From NCBI RefSeq assembly GCF_009931435.1, contig NZ_CP043414.1: a DNA stretch of 64,000 nt. The stretch is one strand, 5' to 3'. The translations under genes were made by a program, and so were the position numbers. Shown in pieces: positions 30,969-42,869 of the stretch. How positions within the stretch are numbered: position 1 is the stretch's first letter; each line of letters begins with the position of its first letter. The notes below the pieces were generated by a model that ran no database searches, had not been told where the DNA came from, and saw nothing but the letters and a program-made list of their open reading frames with translations. The stretch comes from Escherichia coli. Lineage in GTDB: Bacteria > Pseudomonadota > Gammaproteobacteria > Enterobacterales > Enterobacteriaceae.

Positions 30969-31370
30969 ATGGCGAAAGAATTTGGTCGCCCGCAGCGCGT
31001 AGCGCAGGAAATGCAAAAAGAGATCGCTCTCATCCTGCAACGCGAAATTAAAGATCCTCGTCTGGGCATGATGACCACCGTTTCCGGTGTCGAAATGTCT
31101 CGCGACCTGGCGTATGCAAAAGTATATGTGACGTTCCTTAACGACAAAGATGAAGACGCGGTTAAAGCGGGCATCAAAGCGTTGCAGGAAGCCTCTGGTT
31201 TCATCCGCAGCCTGCTGGGGAAAGCGATGCGCCTGCGTATCGTGCCGGAACTGACCTTCTTCTACGACAACTCGCTGGTTGAAGGGATGCGTATGTCAAA
31301 CCTGGTGACCAGCGTGGTCAAACATGACGAAGAACGTCGTGTTAACCCGGACGACAGCAAGGAGGACTAA
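30969..31370 (+). CDS. rbfA: ribosome-binding factor A
   Basis: ORF 30951..31370 trimmed to [23 protein letters not shown]; 133 aa. Confidence 0.93.
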
Positions 31371-32314
31371 TGAGTCGTCCTCGTCGTCGCGGTCGCGACA
31401 TTAACGGCGTTTTGTTGCTGGATAAACCGCAGGGTATGTCCAGCAACGATGCACTGCAAAAAGTGAAACGGATTTATAACGCTAATCGTGCCGGGCATAC
31501 CGGTGCGCTGGACCCGCTGGCGACCGGCATGTTGCCGATTTGCCTCGGAGAAGCGACGAAGTTTTCCCAGTATCTGCTGGACTCCGACAAACGCTATCGG
31601 GTGATTGCGCGTCTTGGACAGCGTACTGATACTTCTGACGCTGACGGACAAATCGTTGAAGAACGTCCGGTAACCTTTAGTGCAGAGCAACTGGCGGCGG
31701 CACTGGATACTTTCCGTGGTGATATCGAACAGATCCCTTCGATGTATTCAGCACTGAAATACCAGGGCAAAAAACTGTACGAATATGCGCGTCAGGGAAT
31801 TGAAGTCCCGCGTGAAGCACGCCCGATTACCGTTTATGAATTGCTGTTTATTCGCCACGAAGGCAATGAACTGGAGCTGGAAATTCACTGCTCAAAAGGC
31901 ACCTATATCCGCACTATCATTGACGATCTCGGCGAAAAACTCGGCTGTGGCGCGCATGTTATTTACCTGCGTCGTCTGGCTGTAAGTAAATATCCGGTTG
32001 AACGGATGGTGACTCTGGAACATCTGCGTGAACGGGTTGAGCAAGCCGAGCAGCAGGATATTCCGGCAGCGGAGTTACTTGATCCATTACTGATGCCAAT
32101 GGACAGTCCAGCTTCGGACTATCCGGTGGTGAATCTTCCGTTAACGTCTTCTGTTTACTTCAAAAATGGTAACCCGGTTCGTACATCCGGTGCGCCGCTG
32201 GAAGGACTGGTTCGCGTTACAGAAGGTGAGAATGGCAAGTTTATCGGTATGGGCGAAATTGACGATGAAGGCCGCGTTGCGCCTCGTCGCCTGGTGGTTG
32301 AATACCCGGCGTAA
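31370..32314 (+). CDS. truB: tRNA pseudouridine-55 synthase TruB
   Basis: 314 aa; [16 protein letters not shown] catalytic-Asp motif; start overlaps rbfA stop (TAATG). Confidence 0.96.
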   Translation: MSRPRRRGRDINGVLLLDKPQGMSSNDALQKVKRIYNANRAGHTGALDPLATGMLPICLGEATKFSQYLLDSDKRYRVIARLGQRTDTSDADGQIVEERPVTFSAEQLAAALDTFRGDIEQIPSMYSALKYQGKKLYEYARQGIEVPREARPITVYELLFIRHEGNELELEIHCSKGTYIRTIIDDLGEKLGCGAHVIYLRRLAVSKYPVERMVTLEHLRERVEQAEQQDIPAAELLDPLLMPMDSPASDYPVVNLPLTSSVYFKNGNPVRTSGAPLEGLVRVTEGENGKFIGMGEIDDEGRVAPRRLVVEYPA

Positions 32315-32366
32315 TGTTAACCGTCTTGCGATAACAAGTCGCTACGAGTAGAATACTGCCGCTTAA

Positions 32367-32732
<366 letters not shown>

Positions 32733-32747
32733 TTCTTGCGAGTTTCA

Positions 32748-32778
32748 GAAAAGGGGCCTGAGTGGCCCCTTTTTTCAA
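32748..32778 (+). terminator. rpsO intrinsic terminator
   Basis: GAAAAGGGGCCTGAGTGGCCCCTTTTTTCAA. Confidence 0.88.
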
Positions 32779-32977
32779 ACTGACGGCAGCAATTCACTGG
32801 AAACTAATGTATTGTTGCTATGAATGATCTTCCGTTGCAGAGGTTCGCGCGGCTAATGAGAGGCTTTACCCACATTGGGCTGGGTTAGGGTTGTCATTAG
32901 TCGCGAGGATGCGCAGAAGATCGGGTATTAACACCAGTGCCGTAAGGTGCTGTCTAAGAAAGAGAAAGGATATTACA

Positions 32978-35113
32978 TTGCTTAATCCGATCGTTCGTAA
33001 ATTCCAGTACGGCCAACACACCGTGACTCTGGAAACCGGCATGATGGCTCGTCAGGCTACTGCCGCTGTTATGGTTAGCATGGATGACACCGCGGTATTC
33101 GTTACCGTTGTTGGTCAGAAAAAAGCCAAACCAGGTCAGGACTTCTTCCCGCTGACCGTTAACTATCAGGAGCGTACCTACGCTGCTGGTCGTATCCCAG
33201 GTAGCTTCTTCCGTCGTGAAGGCCGCCCAAGCGAAGGCGAAACCTTGATTGCGCGTCTGATTGACCGCCCGATTCGCCCGCTGTTCCCGGAAGGCTTCGT
33301 CAACGAAGTTCAGGTTATCGCCACCGTGGTTTCTGTTAACCCGCAGGTTAACCCGGATATCGTTGCGATGATTGGTGCTTCCGCAGCACTTTCTCTGTCT
33401 GGTATTCCGTTCAATGGTCCGATTGGTGCTGCCCGCGTAGGTTACATCAATGACCAGTACGTACTGAACCCGACTCAGGACGAACTGAAAGAGAGCAAAC
33501 TGGATCTGGTTGTTGCCGGTACAGAAGCTGCCGTGCTGATGGTTGAATCTGAAGCTGAACTGCTGAGCGAAGACCAAATGCTGGGCGCAGTGGTGTTCGG
33601 TCATGAACAACAGCAGGTTGTTATTCAGAACATCAATGAACTGGTGAAAGAAGCCGGTAAACCGCGTTGGGATTGGCAGCCGGAGCCGGTAAACGAAGCG
33701 CTGAACGCGCGCGTTGCTGCGCTGGCTGAAGCTCGTCTGAGCGATGCTTATCGCATCACCGACAAACAAGAGCGTTATGCGCAGGTTGATGTCATCAAAT
33801 CTGAAACCATCGCGACGCTGCTTGCTGAAGATGAAACCCTGGACGAAAACGAACTGGGTGAAATTCTGCACGCTATCGAGAAAAATGTTGTTCGTAGCCG
33901 CGTACTGGCAGGCGAACCGCGTATCGACGGTCGTGAAAAAGATATGATCCGTGGTCTGGATGTGCGTACTGGCGTGCTGCCGCGTACTCACGGTTCTGCG
34001 TTGTTCACCCGTGGTGAAACGCAGGCACTGGTTACCGCAACGCTGGGTACTGCACGTGACGCACAGGTTCTTGATGAACTGATGGGCGAACGTACTGACA
34101 CCTTCCTGTTCCACTACAACTTCCCTCCGTATTCCGTAGGTGAAACTGGCATGGTCGGTTCTCCGAAGCGTCGTGAAATTGGTCACGGTCGTCTGGCGAA
34201 GCGCGGCGTGCTGGCAGTAATGCCGGATATGGACAAATTCCCGTACACCGTACGTGTAGTGTCTGAAATTACCGAATCCAACGGTTCTTCTTCTATGGCT
34301 TCCGTGTGCGGTGCGTCTCTGGCGCTGATGGACGCAGGTGTGCCAATCAAAGCTGCTGTTGCGGGTATCGCAATGGGGCTGGTGAAAGAAGGCGACAACT
34401 ACGTTGTACTGTCTGACATTTTGGGCGACGAAGATCACCTGGGCGATATGGACTTCAAAGTTGCGGGTTCCCGCGACGGTATCTCTGCACTGCAGATGGA
34501 TATCAAAATTGAAGGTATCACCAAAGAGATCATGCAGGTTGCGCTGAATCAAGCTAAAGGTGCGCGTCTGCATATCCTGGGCGTCATGGAGCAGGCGATC
34601 AACGCGCCGCGTGGTGATATCTCTGAGTTTGCACCGCGTATCCATACCATCAAGATCAATCCGGACAAGATCAAAGACGTTATCGGTAAAGGCGGTTCTG
34701 TTATCCGTGCCCTGACCGAAGAAACTGGCACCACCATCGAAATCGAAGATGACGGTACTGTGAAGATCGCAGCGACCGACGGCGAGAAAGCGAAAAACGC
34801 TATTCGTCGTATCGAAGAAATCACCGCAGAAATCGAAGTGGGCCGCGTCTACAATGGTAAAGTGACCCGTATCGTTGACTTTGGCGCGTTTGTTGCCATC
34901 GGCGGCGGTAAAGAAGGTCTGGTCCACATCTCTCAAATCGCCGACAAGCGTGTTGAGAAAGTGACCGACTACCTGCAGATGGGTCAGGAAGTTCCGGTGA
35001 AAGTTCTGGAAGTTGATCGCCAGGGCCGTATCCGTCTGAGCATTAAAGAAGCGACTGAGCAGTCTCAACCTGCTGCAGCACCGGAAGCTCCGGCTGCAGA
35101 ACAGGGCGAGTAA
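32978..35113 (+). CDS. pnp: polynucleotide phosphorylase
   Basis: TTG start at 32978 giving (M)[20 protein letters not shown]; 711 aa with RNase PH, KH and S1 domains; the 740 aa ORF-track call is over-extended upstream. Confidence 0.93.
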   Translation: MLNPIVRKFQYGQHTVTLETGMMARQATAAVMVSMDDTAVFVTVVGQKKAKPGQDFFPLTVNYQERTYAAGRIPGSFFRREGRPSEGETLIARLIDRPIRPLFPEGFVNEVQVIATVVSVNPQVNPDIVAMIGASAALSLSGIPFNGPIGAARVGYINDQYVLNPTQDELKESKLDLVVAGTEAAVLMVESEAELLSEDQMLGAVVFGHEQQQVVIQNINELVKEAGKPRWDWQPEPVNEALNARVAALAEARLSDAYRITDKQERYAQVDVIKSETIATLLAEDETLDENELGEILHAIEKNVVRSRVLAGEPRIDGREKDMIRGLDVRTGVLPRTHGSALFTRGETQALVTATLGTARDAQVLDELMGERTDTFLFHYNFPPYSVGETGMVGSPKRREIGHGRLAKRGVLAVMPDMDKFPYTVRVVSEITESNGSSSMASVCGASLALMDAGVPIKAAVAGIAMGLVKEGDNYVVLSDILGDEDHLGDMDFKVAGSRDGISALQMDIKIEGITKEIMQVALNQAKGARLHILGVMEQAINAPRGDISEFAPRIHTIKINPDKIKDVIGKGGSVIRALTEETGTTIEIEDDGTVKIAATDGEKAKNAIRRIEEITAEIEVGRVYNGKVTRIVDFGAFVAIGGGKEGLVHISQIADKRVEKVTDYLQMGQEVPVKVLEVDRQGRIRLSIKEATEQSQPAAAPEAPAAEQGE

Positions 35114-35123
35114 GGTTGCCATT

Positions 35124-35152
35124 TGCCCTCCGCTGCGGCGGGGGGCTTTTAA
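35124..35152 (+). terminator. probable terminator after pnp
   Basis: GCCCTCCGCTGCGGCGGGGGGCTTTT imperfect hairpin plus short T run. Confidence 0.6.
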
Positions 35153-35221
35153 CCGGGCAGGACGCCTTGTTAGCAACCGGGAACAGGACGTTCATTCAAC
35201 CGTGGTCTTCGGGAGTGGGAA

Positions 35222-36106
35222 ATGAAGCCTTTTTTGCGCTGGTGTTTCGTTGCGACAGCACTTACGCTTGCAGGATGCAGTAATACTTCCTGGCGTAAAA
35301 GTGAAGTCCTCGCGGTACCATTGCAACCGACTTTACAGCAGGAAGTGATTCTGGCACGTATGGAACAAATCCTTGCCAGTCGGGCTTTAACCGATGACGA
35401 ACGCGCACAGCTTTTATATGAGCGCGGAGTGTTGTATGATAGTCTCGGTCTGAGGGCATTAGCGCGTAACGATTTTTCGCAAGCGCTGGCAATCCGACCG
35501 GATATGCCGGAAGTATTCAATTACTTAGGCATATATTTAACGCAGGCAGGCAATTTTGATGCTGCCTATGAAGCGTTTGATTCTGTACTTGAGCTTGATC
35601 CAACTTACAACTACGCGCACTTGAATCGCGGGATCGCATTATATTACGGCGGTCGTGACAAGTTAGCGCAAGATGATCTGCTGGCGTTTTATCAAGACGA
35701 TCCCAATGATCCTTTCCGTAGTCTGTGGCTTTATCTCGCCGAGCAGAAGCTCGATGAGAAGCAGGCTAAAGAAGTGTTAAAACAGCACTTCGAAAAATCG
35801 GATAAGGAACAGTGGGGATGGAACATTGTCGAGTTCTACCTGGGCAACATTAGCGAACAAACGTTAATGGAAAGGCTCAAGGCGGACGCAACGGATAACA
35901 CCTCGCTCGCTGAGCATCTCAGTGAAACCAACTTCTATTTAGGTAAGTACTACCTAAGTCTGGGGGATTTGGACAGCGCCACGGCACTGTTCAAACTGGC
36001 GGTTGCCAACAACGTTCATAACTTTGTTGAGCACCGATACGCATTGTTGGAATTATCGCTCCTGGGCCAGGACCAAGATGACCTGGCAGAATCGGACCAG
36101 CAATAG
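35222..36106 (+). CDS. nlpI: TPR-repeat lipoprotein NlpI
   Basis: 294 aa; lipobox LTLAGCSN. Confidence 0.96.
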
Positions 36107-36212
36107 CTGACGTACACATCAGCCCGTAATCTTTTTTGATTGCCATCACCTTAACGGGTGAGGGCGTTGTTGTTCGTTAATACACCTACTTTGAGCCGGT
36201 TCACACTTTTCA

Positions 36213-36293
36213 ATGAAAATTGCTGATCAATTTCATGATGAGTTATGTAGACTGGCCGCCATTAATTTTGAGGCACACGTACTACATGGCTGA
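36213..36293 (+). CDS. yrbN: small protein YrbN (26 aa) overlapping the deaD start
   Basis: [26 protein letters not shown]; position and length match my recollection of the annotated E. coli small protein upstream of deaD; no obvious SD. Confidence 0.5.
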
Positions 36294-38175
36294 ATTCGAA
36301 ACCACTTTTGCAGATCTGGGCCTGAAGGCTCCTATCCTTGAAGCCCTTAACGATCTGGGTTACGAAAAACCATCTCCAATTCAGGCAGAGTGTATTCCAC
36401 ATCTGCTGAATGGCCGCGACGTTCTGGGTATGGCCCAGACGGGGAGCGGAAAAACGGCAGCATTCTCTTTACCTCTGCTGCAAAATCTTGATCCTGAGCT
36501 GAAAGCACCACAGATTCTGGTGCTGGCACCGACCCGCGAACTGGCGGTACAGGTTGCTGAGGCAATGACGGATTTCTCTAAACACATGCGCGGCGTAAAC
36601 GTGGTTGCCCTGTACGGCGGCCAGCGTTATGACGTGCAATTACGCGCCCTGCGTCAGGGGCCGCAGATCGTTGTCGGTACTCCAGGCCGTCTGCTGGACC
36701 ACCTGAAACGTGGCACTCTGGACCTCTCTAAACTGAGCGGTCTGGTTCTGGATGAAGCTGACGAAATGCTGCGCATGGGCTTCATCGAAGACGTTGAAAC
36801 CATTATGGCGCAGATCCCGGAAGGTCATCAGACCGCTCTGTTCTCTGCAACTATGCCGGAAGCGATTCGTCGCATTACCCGCCGCTTTATGAAAGAGCCG
36901 CAGGAAGTACGCATTCAGTCCAGCGTGACTACCCGTCCTGACATCAGCCAGAGCTACTGGACTGTGTGGGGGATGCGTAAAAACGAAGCGCTGGTACGTT
37001 TCCTGGAAGCGGAAGATTTTGATGCGGCGATTATCTTCGTTCGTACTAAAAACGCGACTTTGGAAGTGGCAGAAGCTCTTGAGCGTAACGGCTACAACAG
37101 CGCTGCACTGAACGGTGACATGAACCAGGCGCTGCGTGAGCAGACTCTGGAACGCCTGAAAGATGGTCGTCTGGATATCCTGATTGCGACCGACGTTGCG
37201 GCCCGTGGCCTGGACGTTGAGCGTATCAGCCTGGTAGTTAACTACGATATCCCGATGGATTCCGAGTCTTACGTTCACCGTATTGGTCGTACCGGCCGTG
37301 CGGGGCGTGCTGGTCGTGCGCTGCTGTTCGTTGAGAACCGCGAGCGTCGTCTGCTGCGCAACATTGAACGCACTATGAAGCTGACCATTCCGGAAGTAGA
37401 ACTGCCGAACGCAGAACTGCTGGGCAAACGCCGTCTGGAAAAATTCGCCGCTAAAGTACAGCAGCAGCTGGAAAGCAGCGATCTGGATCAATACCGTGCA
37501 CTGCTGAGCAAAATTCAGCCGACGGCGGAAGGTGAAGAGCTGGATCTCGAAACTCTGGCAGCCGCACTGCTGAAAATGGCACAGGGTGAACGTACTCTGA
37601 TTGTTCCGCCAGATGCGCCGATGCGCCCGAAACGTGAATTCCGCGACCGTGACGACCGTGGTCCGCGCGATCGTAACGACCGTGGCCCACGTGGCGACCG
37701 TGAAGATCGTCCGCGTCGTGAACGTCGTGATGTTGGCGATATGCAGCTGTACCGTATTGAAGTGGGCCGCGATGATGGTGTTGAAGTTCGTCATATCGTT
37801 GGCGCGATTGCTAACGAAGGTGACATCAGCAGCCGTTACATCGGTAACATCAAGCTGTTTGCTTCTCACTCCACCATCGAACTGCCGAAAGGTATGCCGG
37901 GTGAAGTGCTGCAACACTTTACGCGTACTCGCATTCTCAACAAGCCGATGAACATGCAGTTGCTGGGCGATGCACAGCCGCATACTGGTGGTGAGCGTCG
38001 TGGTGGTGGTCGTGGTTTCGGTGGCGAACGTCGTGAAGGCGGTCGTAACTTCAGCGGTGAGCGCCGTGAAGGTGGTCGTGGTGATGGTCGTCGTTTTAGC
38101 GGCGAACGTCGTGAAGGCCGCGCACCGCGTCGTGATGACTCTACTGGTCGTCGTCGTTTCGGTGGTGATGCGTAA
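36286..38175 (+). CDS. deaD: cold-shock DEAD-box RNA helicase DeaD (CsdA)
   Basis: ORF 36220..38175 trimmed to [21 protein letters not shown]; 629 aa; motifs [25 protein letters not shown]; RGG/ER-rich C-tail. Confidence 0.95.
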
Positions 38176-38200
38176 TCAACGCTGAACAGCGAACACAATC

Positions 38201-38218
38201 TGTAAAATAATATATACA
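38201..38218 (+). promoter_or_regulatory. TyrR box upstream of mtr
   Basis: TGTAAAATAATATATACA matches TGTAAA-n6-TTTACA with one mismatch. Confidence 0.6.
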
Positions 38219-38252
38219 GCCCCGATTTTAACCATCGGGGCTTTTTTTCTGT
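38216..38252 (+). terminator. intrinsic terminator after deaD
   Basis: ACAGCCCCGATTTTAACCATCGGGGCTTTTTTTCTG. Confidence 0.85.
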
Positions 38253-38257
38253 CTTTT

Positions 38258-38275
38258 GTACTCGTGTACTGGTAC
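38258..38275 (+). promoter_or_regulatory. TrpR operator in mtr promoter
   Basis: GTACTCGTGTACTGGTAC, palindromic GTACT...AGTAC type, about 50 bp upstream of mtr ATG. Confidence 0.65.
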
Positions 38276-38328
38276 AGTGCAATGCATAACAACGCAGTCG
38301 CACTATTTTTCACTGGAGAGAAGCCCTC

Positions 38329-39573
38329 ATGGCAACACTAACCACCACCCAAACGTCACCGTCGCTGCTTGGCGGCGTGGTGATTATCGGCGGCACCATT
38401 ATTGGCGCAGGGATGTTTTCTCTGCCAGTGGTCATGTCCGGTGCGTGGTTCTTCTGGTCAATGGCGGCGCTGATCTTTACCTGGTTTTGTATGCTGCATT
38501 CCGGCTTGATGATTCTGGAAGCTAACCTGAATTATCGAATTGGCTCGAGCTTTGACACCATCACCAAAGACTTGCTGGGCAAAGGCTGGAACGTGGTCAA
38601 CGGCATTTCCATTGCCTTTGTGCTCTATATCCTGACCTATGCCTATATTTCTGCCAGCGGTTCGATTCTGCATCACACCTTCGCGGAGATGTCGCTGAAT
38701 GTTCCGGCACGAGCTGCAGGTTTTGGTTTTGCGCTACTGGTGGCGTTTGTGGTGTGGTTGAGCACCAAAGCCGTCAGCCGGATGACGGCGATTGTGCTTG
38801 GGGCGAAAGTTATTACCTTCTTCCTCACTTTCGGCAGTTTGCTGGGGCATGTGCAGCCTGCGACATTGTTTAACGTCGCGGAAAGCAATGCGTCTTATGC
38901 ACCGTATCTGTTGATGACCCTACCGTTCTGTCTGGCCTCATTTGGTTATCACGGTAACGTGCCGAGCCTGATGAAGTATTACGGCAAAGATCCGAAAACT
39001 ATCGTGAAATGCCTGGTCTACGGTACGCTGATGGCGCTGGCGCTGTATACCATCTGGTTGCTGGCGACGATGGGCAACATCCCTCGTCCGGAGTTTATCG
39101 GAATCGCCGAGAAGGGCGGTAATATTGATGTGCTGGTACAGGCATTAAGCGGTGTATTGAACAGCCGTAGCCTGGACCTTCTGCTGGTCGTGTTCTCAAA
39201 CTTTGCAGTGGCGAGTTCGTTCCTCGGCGTAACGCTGGGTTTGTTTGACTATCTGGCAGATCTGTTTGGTTTTGACGACTCTGCCCTGGGCCGCTTGAAA
39301 ACGGCACTGTTGACCTTTGCACCGCCTGTCGTGGGTGGCCTGCTGTTCCCGAACGGATTCCTGTACGCCATTGGTTATGCTGGCTTAGCGGCTACCATCT
39401 GGGCTGCAATTGTTCCGGCGCTGTTGGCCCGCGCATCGCGTAAACGCTTTGGCAGCCCGAAATTCCGTGTCTGGGGCGGCAAGCCGATGATTGCACTGAT
39501 TCTGGTGTTTGGTGTTGGCAACGCACTGGTGCATATTTTATCGAGCTTTAATTTGCTGCCGGTGTATCAGTAA
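38329..39573 (+). CDS. mtr: tryptophan-specific permease Mtr
   Basis: 414 aa [42 protein letters not shown]; 11 TM. Confidence 0.96.
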   Translation: MATLTTTQTSPSLLGGVVIIGGTIIGAGMFSLPVVMSGAWFFWSMAALIFTWFCMLHSGLMILEANLNYRIGSSFDTITKDLLGKGWNVVNGISIAFVLYILTYAYISASGSILHHTFAEMSLNVPARAAGFGFALLVAFVVWLSTKAVSRMTAIVLGAKVITFFLTFGSLLGHVQPATLFNVAESNASYAPYLLMTLPFCLASFGYHGNVPSLMKYYGKDPKTIVKCLVYGTLMALALYTIWLLATMGNIPRPEFIGIAEKGGNIDVLVQALSGVLNSRSLDLLLVVFSNFAVASSFLGVTLGLFDYLADLFGFDDSALGRLKTALLTFAPPVVGGLLFPNGFLYAIGYAGLAATIWAAIVPALLARASRKRFGSPKFRVWGGKPMIALILVFGVGNALVHILSSFNLLPVYQ

Positions 39574-39579
39574 TCAGCG

Positions 39580-39672
39580 GTGCCTTATCCGACATTTCTG
39601 CTGCCTACACAATGCCTGATGTGCTTCGCTTATCAGGCCTACGTAGGACAGCGTTGCCAGCTCGGATAAGGC
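39580..39672. repeat. REP/BIME cluster downstream of mtr
   Basis: GCCTGATGTGCTTCGCTTATCAGGCCTACG plus flanking GCCTTATCCGAC / CGGATAAGGC copies. Confidence 0.75.
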
Positions 39673-39690
39673 TTCCCACGTTAAAACACA

Positions 39691-40698
39691 CTATCCCAGT
39701 AACTCTTCCTTAACATCCATCGCCAGCTCAAACGAATGCAGGCGCGCCTGGTGATCGAAAATCTGCCCGTTAACCATAATCTCATCCGCGTCGGTTTCGC
39801 GCAGGATCGACTGCAAACCATGACGCACTTTCGCTTTATCACCCACCAGCGACATACTCAGCGCCTGCTGCACGCCATACTGCTCAGACGGTGACCAGAA
39901 CTGATCCATATTTTGAATCGGTGGCGGCAGTTGCCCGGTTTCACCGCGGCGCAGCTTCACAAAGGCTTGCTGCATTGAGGTAAACAGAAATTCAGCGTCG
40001 CGGTTGCTGTCGGCGGCGATAATATTGATGCACACCATCGCATACGGTTTTTCCAGTCGTGCCGACGGTTTGAAGTTGCTGCGATAAAGATGCAGCGCCT
40101 GGAATAGCATATCCGGTGCGAAGTGTGAGGCAAACGCGAACGGCAGACCAAGCTGCGCCGCCAGTTGTGCACTGTAAAGGCTGGAGCCTAATAACCACAC
40201 GGGGATTTTCTCGCCATAGCCTGGTACCGGGCGCACATGCGGATTGGGATCGCGGGCGTCAAACCAGTCCACCAGCTCCGCGACATCGCGGGGGAAATTA
40301 TCAATATCGCCGCTCATATGACGACGTAGAGCCATCATGGTTCGCTGGTCACTACCCGGAGCACGGCCCAGCCCCAAATCGATTCGCCCCGGATAGAGCG
40401 TATTGAGCGTGCCGAACTGTTCGGCGATCACCAACGGTGAGTGGTTTGGTAACATCACGCCGCCAGACCCCAGATGCAGCGTAGTGGTATTCGCCGCCAG
40501 ATAGCCAATCAAAACTGATGTTGCAGCACTGGCAATACCGGTCATATTGTGGTGTTCTGCCAGCCAGTAGCGATGATAGCCGCGCTTTTCAGCCAGACGG
40601 GCGAGGTCGAGAGAGTGGGAGAACGCTTCTCGCGCTGAAGAACCTTCTGGGATGGGGGCCAGATCGAGTAGCGAAAACGCAGTGGTTTTATCAGTCAT
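39691..40698 (-). CDS. yhbW: luciferase-like (LLM-class) flavin-dependent monooxygenase YhbW
   Basis: 335 aa [50 protein letters not shown]. Confidence 0.92.
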   Translation of the reverse strand: MTDKTTAFSLLDLAPIPEGSSAREAFSHSLDLARLAEKRGYHRYWLAEHHNMTGIASAATSVLIGYLAANTTTLHLGSGGVMLPNHSPLVIAEQFGTLNTLYPGRIDLGLGRAPGSDQRTMMALRRHMSGDIDNFPRDVAELVDWFDARDPNPHVRPVPGYGEKIPVWLLGSSLYSAQLAAQLGLPFAFASHFAPDMLFQALHLYRSNFKPSARLEKPYAMVCINIIAADSNRDAEFLFTSMQQAFVKLRRGETGQLPPPIQNMDQFWSPSEQYGVQQALSMSLVGDKAKVRHGLQSILRETDADEIMVNGQIFDHQARLHSFELAMDVKEELLG

Positions 40699-40778
40699 AA
40701 CAGCTCACTTTGTTACCGATTAATCTTTAATACTGCATTAAAGGGTAGTTAAAGTTGTTAACAAAGTGAGCTATTTGC

Positions 40779-41657
40779 TTAGGCTTGCAGTTCCAGCCCA
40801 GCCAGCCGTCTCCAGTAGCCGTTACAGTCGCTGTTTGCCGTCAACGGGAGTGGTGCAGCGCCATTTTCATTAGCGCGGAAGGCGTCGAGCATCGCGAAAG
40901 TGTCAGTACCCTGCGGTGACAGGCGGACCACATCAACCAGCCCCTGCATGGATGCCAGCTCGTTACCGAGGTTGTACACGTAGCCGCTCATGGTCTGAAT
41001 GCCATTGAGCACAAACACTTGTTGGTTTTCCTGCGACAGCACGTTGCGCCCGTTCGGATACTTAATGCAGCAGGTTTCACACTCATCTTTTGGGCGGTCT
41101 TCCGAACGCGCGGTAAAGCAGCGGGCGGAGTAGGCCAGCGGCAGATGACCGTAGCTCAAGACTTCCACTTCAAACTGGTTGCGAATGCCCAGCTCATCGC
41201 ACTGATTAAGCAGATTCACCAGCCAGTCGCGGGAAAGTTCCACCGGCATACACCAGCGCATCATTCCCTGTTTGAGCAATATTTTCAGCGTCACCGCGTT
41301 GTAGCAGTTCAGAGCGTGTCCGGCGACGAACGGCAGTTTGCGCTCAGCGCACATATTCACCACGCCGAGATCGCTGGCTTCAATCAGAAACTCACCGTTC
41401 TCAACATAGCGTTTCAGTTCGCCCAGTTCGGAGGATGCCTGCACCAGCGCCAGCGTGGAGAGCACAATCTGCTTGCCACTTCCGGCGAGCGATTTTGCCA
41501 TCTCCAGCCAGTCGCCAACTTTGGTTGCCCGGCGTTTGCTACAGACCGCTTCACCGAGATAAATCACGTCTGCGCTGCTGGCGGCGGCCTGCTGATAAAA
41601 ATCTTCCAGCGTCTCTTTTGGCCAGTACCACAGCACCGGCCCTAAGGAATATTTCAT
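40779..41657 (-). CDS. ubiV: U32-family O2-independent ubiquinone biosynthesis protein UbiV (YhbV)
   Basis: ORF 40779..41675 trimmed to MKYSLGPVLWYWPKE; 292 aa. Confidence 0.88.
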   Translation of the reverse strand: MKYSLGPVLWYWPKETLEDFYQQAAASSADVIYLGEAVCSKRRATKVGDWLEMAKSLAGSGKQIVLSTLALVQASSELGELKRYVENGEFLIEASDLGVVNMCAERKLPFVAGHALNCYNAVTLKILLKQGMMRWCMPVELSRDWLVNLLNQCDELGIRNQFEVEVLSYGHLPLAYSARCFTARSEDRPKDECETCCIKYPNGRNVLSQENQQVFVLNGIQTMSGYVYNLGNELASMQGLVDVVRLSPQGTDTFAMLDAFRANENGAAPLPLTANSDCNGYWRRLAGLELQA

Positions 41658-41665
41658 TACTTTTC

Positions 41666-42661
41666 TCACTGCCATTTACGGTGATACGCGCCAAGAGTGG
41701 TTTGTGTGCCTTCGGACATCGACCCGAGCGTCTCCATCCACGCGCTTTGCGGCACGAAGTTTTGCGGATCGGCCTTACAACGGTCGATAGCCTGACGCCA
41801 GACTTTCGCTACCTGGCTGACATACGCAGGGCTACGCTGGCGGCCTTCAATTTTCACCGAAGCGATATTCGCCGCCATTAACTCCGGCAGTAGCTCAAGG
41901 GTATTGAGACTGGTTGGTTCTTCCAGCGCATGATAGCGCTCGCCGTCCACCAGATAACGCCCTTTACACAGCGTCGGATAACCTGCGTTTTCGCCGTCCT
42001 GATAACGGTCGATCAGCACTTCGTTCAGGCGGGATTCCAGCCCCTGCGGCGTTTGCTGCCAGCGCACGAAACGGGCCGGAGAACATGCCCCCACGGTGTT
42101 GGGCGACTCACCCGTCAGATACGACGACAGATAGCAACGACCTTCCGACATAATGCACAGACTGCCGAAAGCGAACACTTCCAGCGGTACAGGCGTGACC
42201 CGCGCCAGTTGTTTCACCTGATGAATCGATAACACGCGCGGCAGCACCACGCGGGCAACGTCAAAATGGCGATGATAAAAGTGAATCGCCTCTTCATTGG
42301 TCGCCGAAGCCTGCACTGACACATGACGCTCAATATGCGGGTAACGCTCGGCGGCGTACTCCAGCATGGCGAGGTCGGCGAGAATCAGCGCGTCGGCACC
42401 CAGCTGCGCCGCCATATCCACGGCGCGCTGCCAGCGGGCGTAACCGTCCGGATGCGCAAAAGTGTTAATCGCGATGTGAAGTTTGCGGCGATGTTGATGG
42501 ACAAAACTCACCGCTTCCTGCAATTTTTTCTCGGTAAAGTTAAGGCCGGCGAAGTGACGGGCATTGGTATCATCTTTTAGCCCGATATAAACAGCATCTG
42601 CGCCGTTTTCGATGGCCGCCTTAAGCGCCGGGAGATTTCCGGCAGGGCAGAGCAGCTCCAT
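41666..42661 (-). CDS. ubiU: U32-family O2-independent ubiquinone biosynthesis protein UbiU (YhbU)
   Basis: ORF 41666..42688 trimmed to MELLCPAGNLPALKAAIENGADAVYIG; 331 aa. Confidence 0.88.
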   Translation of the reverse strand: MELLCPAGNLPALKAAIENGADAVYIGLKDDTNARHFAGLNFTEKKLQEAVSFVHQHRRKLHIAINTFAHPDGYARWQRAVDMAAQLGADALILADLAMLEYAAERYPHIERHVSVQASATNEEAIHFYHRHFDVARVVLPRVLSIHQVKQLARVTPVPLEVFAFGSLCIMSEGRCYLSSYLTGESPNTVGACSPARFVRWQQTPQGLESRLNEVLIDRYQDGENAGYPTLCKGRYLVDGERYHALEEPTSLNTLELLPELMAANIASVKIEGRQRSPAYVSQVAKVWRQAIDRCKADPQNFVPQSAWMETLGSMSEGTQTTLGAYHRKWQ

Positions 42662-42869
42662 AATTTTTCCTGAAGGGTGCGCTATCAAAGCGCAAAAATG
42701 TTAACGAACTGGGATTTTAGTTAACCTTGCTGCGACAATTTTTGATTTAAGGCAGTTAAAGTTGTATTGGTGGTAGCAGCAATTTCATATGGAATTGTTG
42801 ATTTATACCGCTATGTTATTTTTCTGATATGGCAAAATAGGATGATTGTTGAAACAGGGAGTAAAACTC

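Noticed and set aside
32954-35176. 740 aa minus-strand ORF exactly antisense to pnp; similar long antisense ORFs opposite nusA (26372..28252, 626 aa), ftsH (17443..18930, 495 aa), deaD (36640..37983, 447 aa), infB (29489..30193) and agaC/ubiV/yraQ regions
   Set aside because: Their translations are low-complexity and rich in R, F, H, Q and C, with no recognisable domains or ribosome-binding sites. Long stop-free antisense frames are a known by-product of strong codon bias in highly expressed GC-rich genes.
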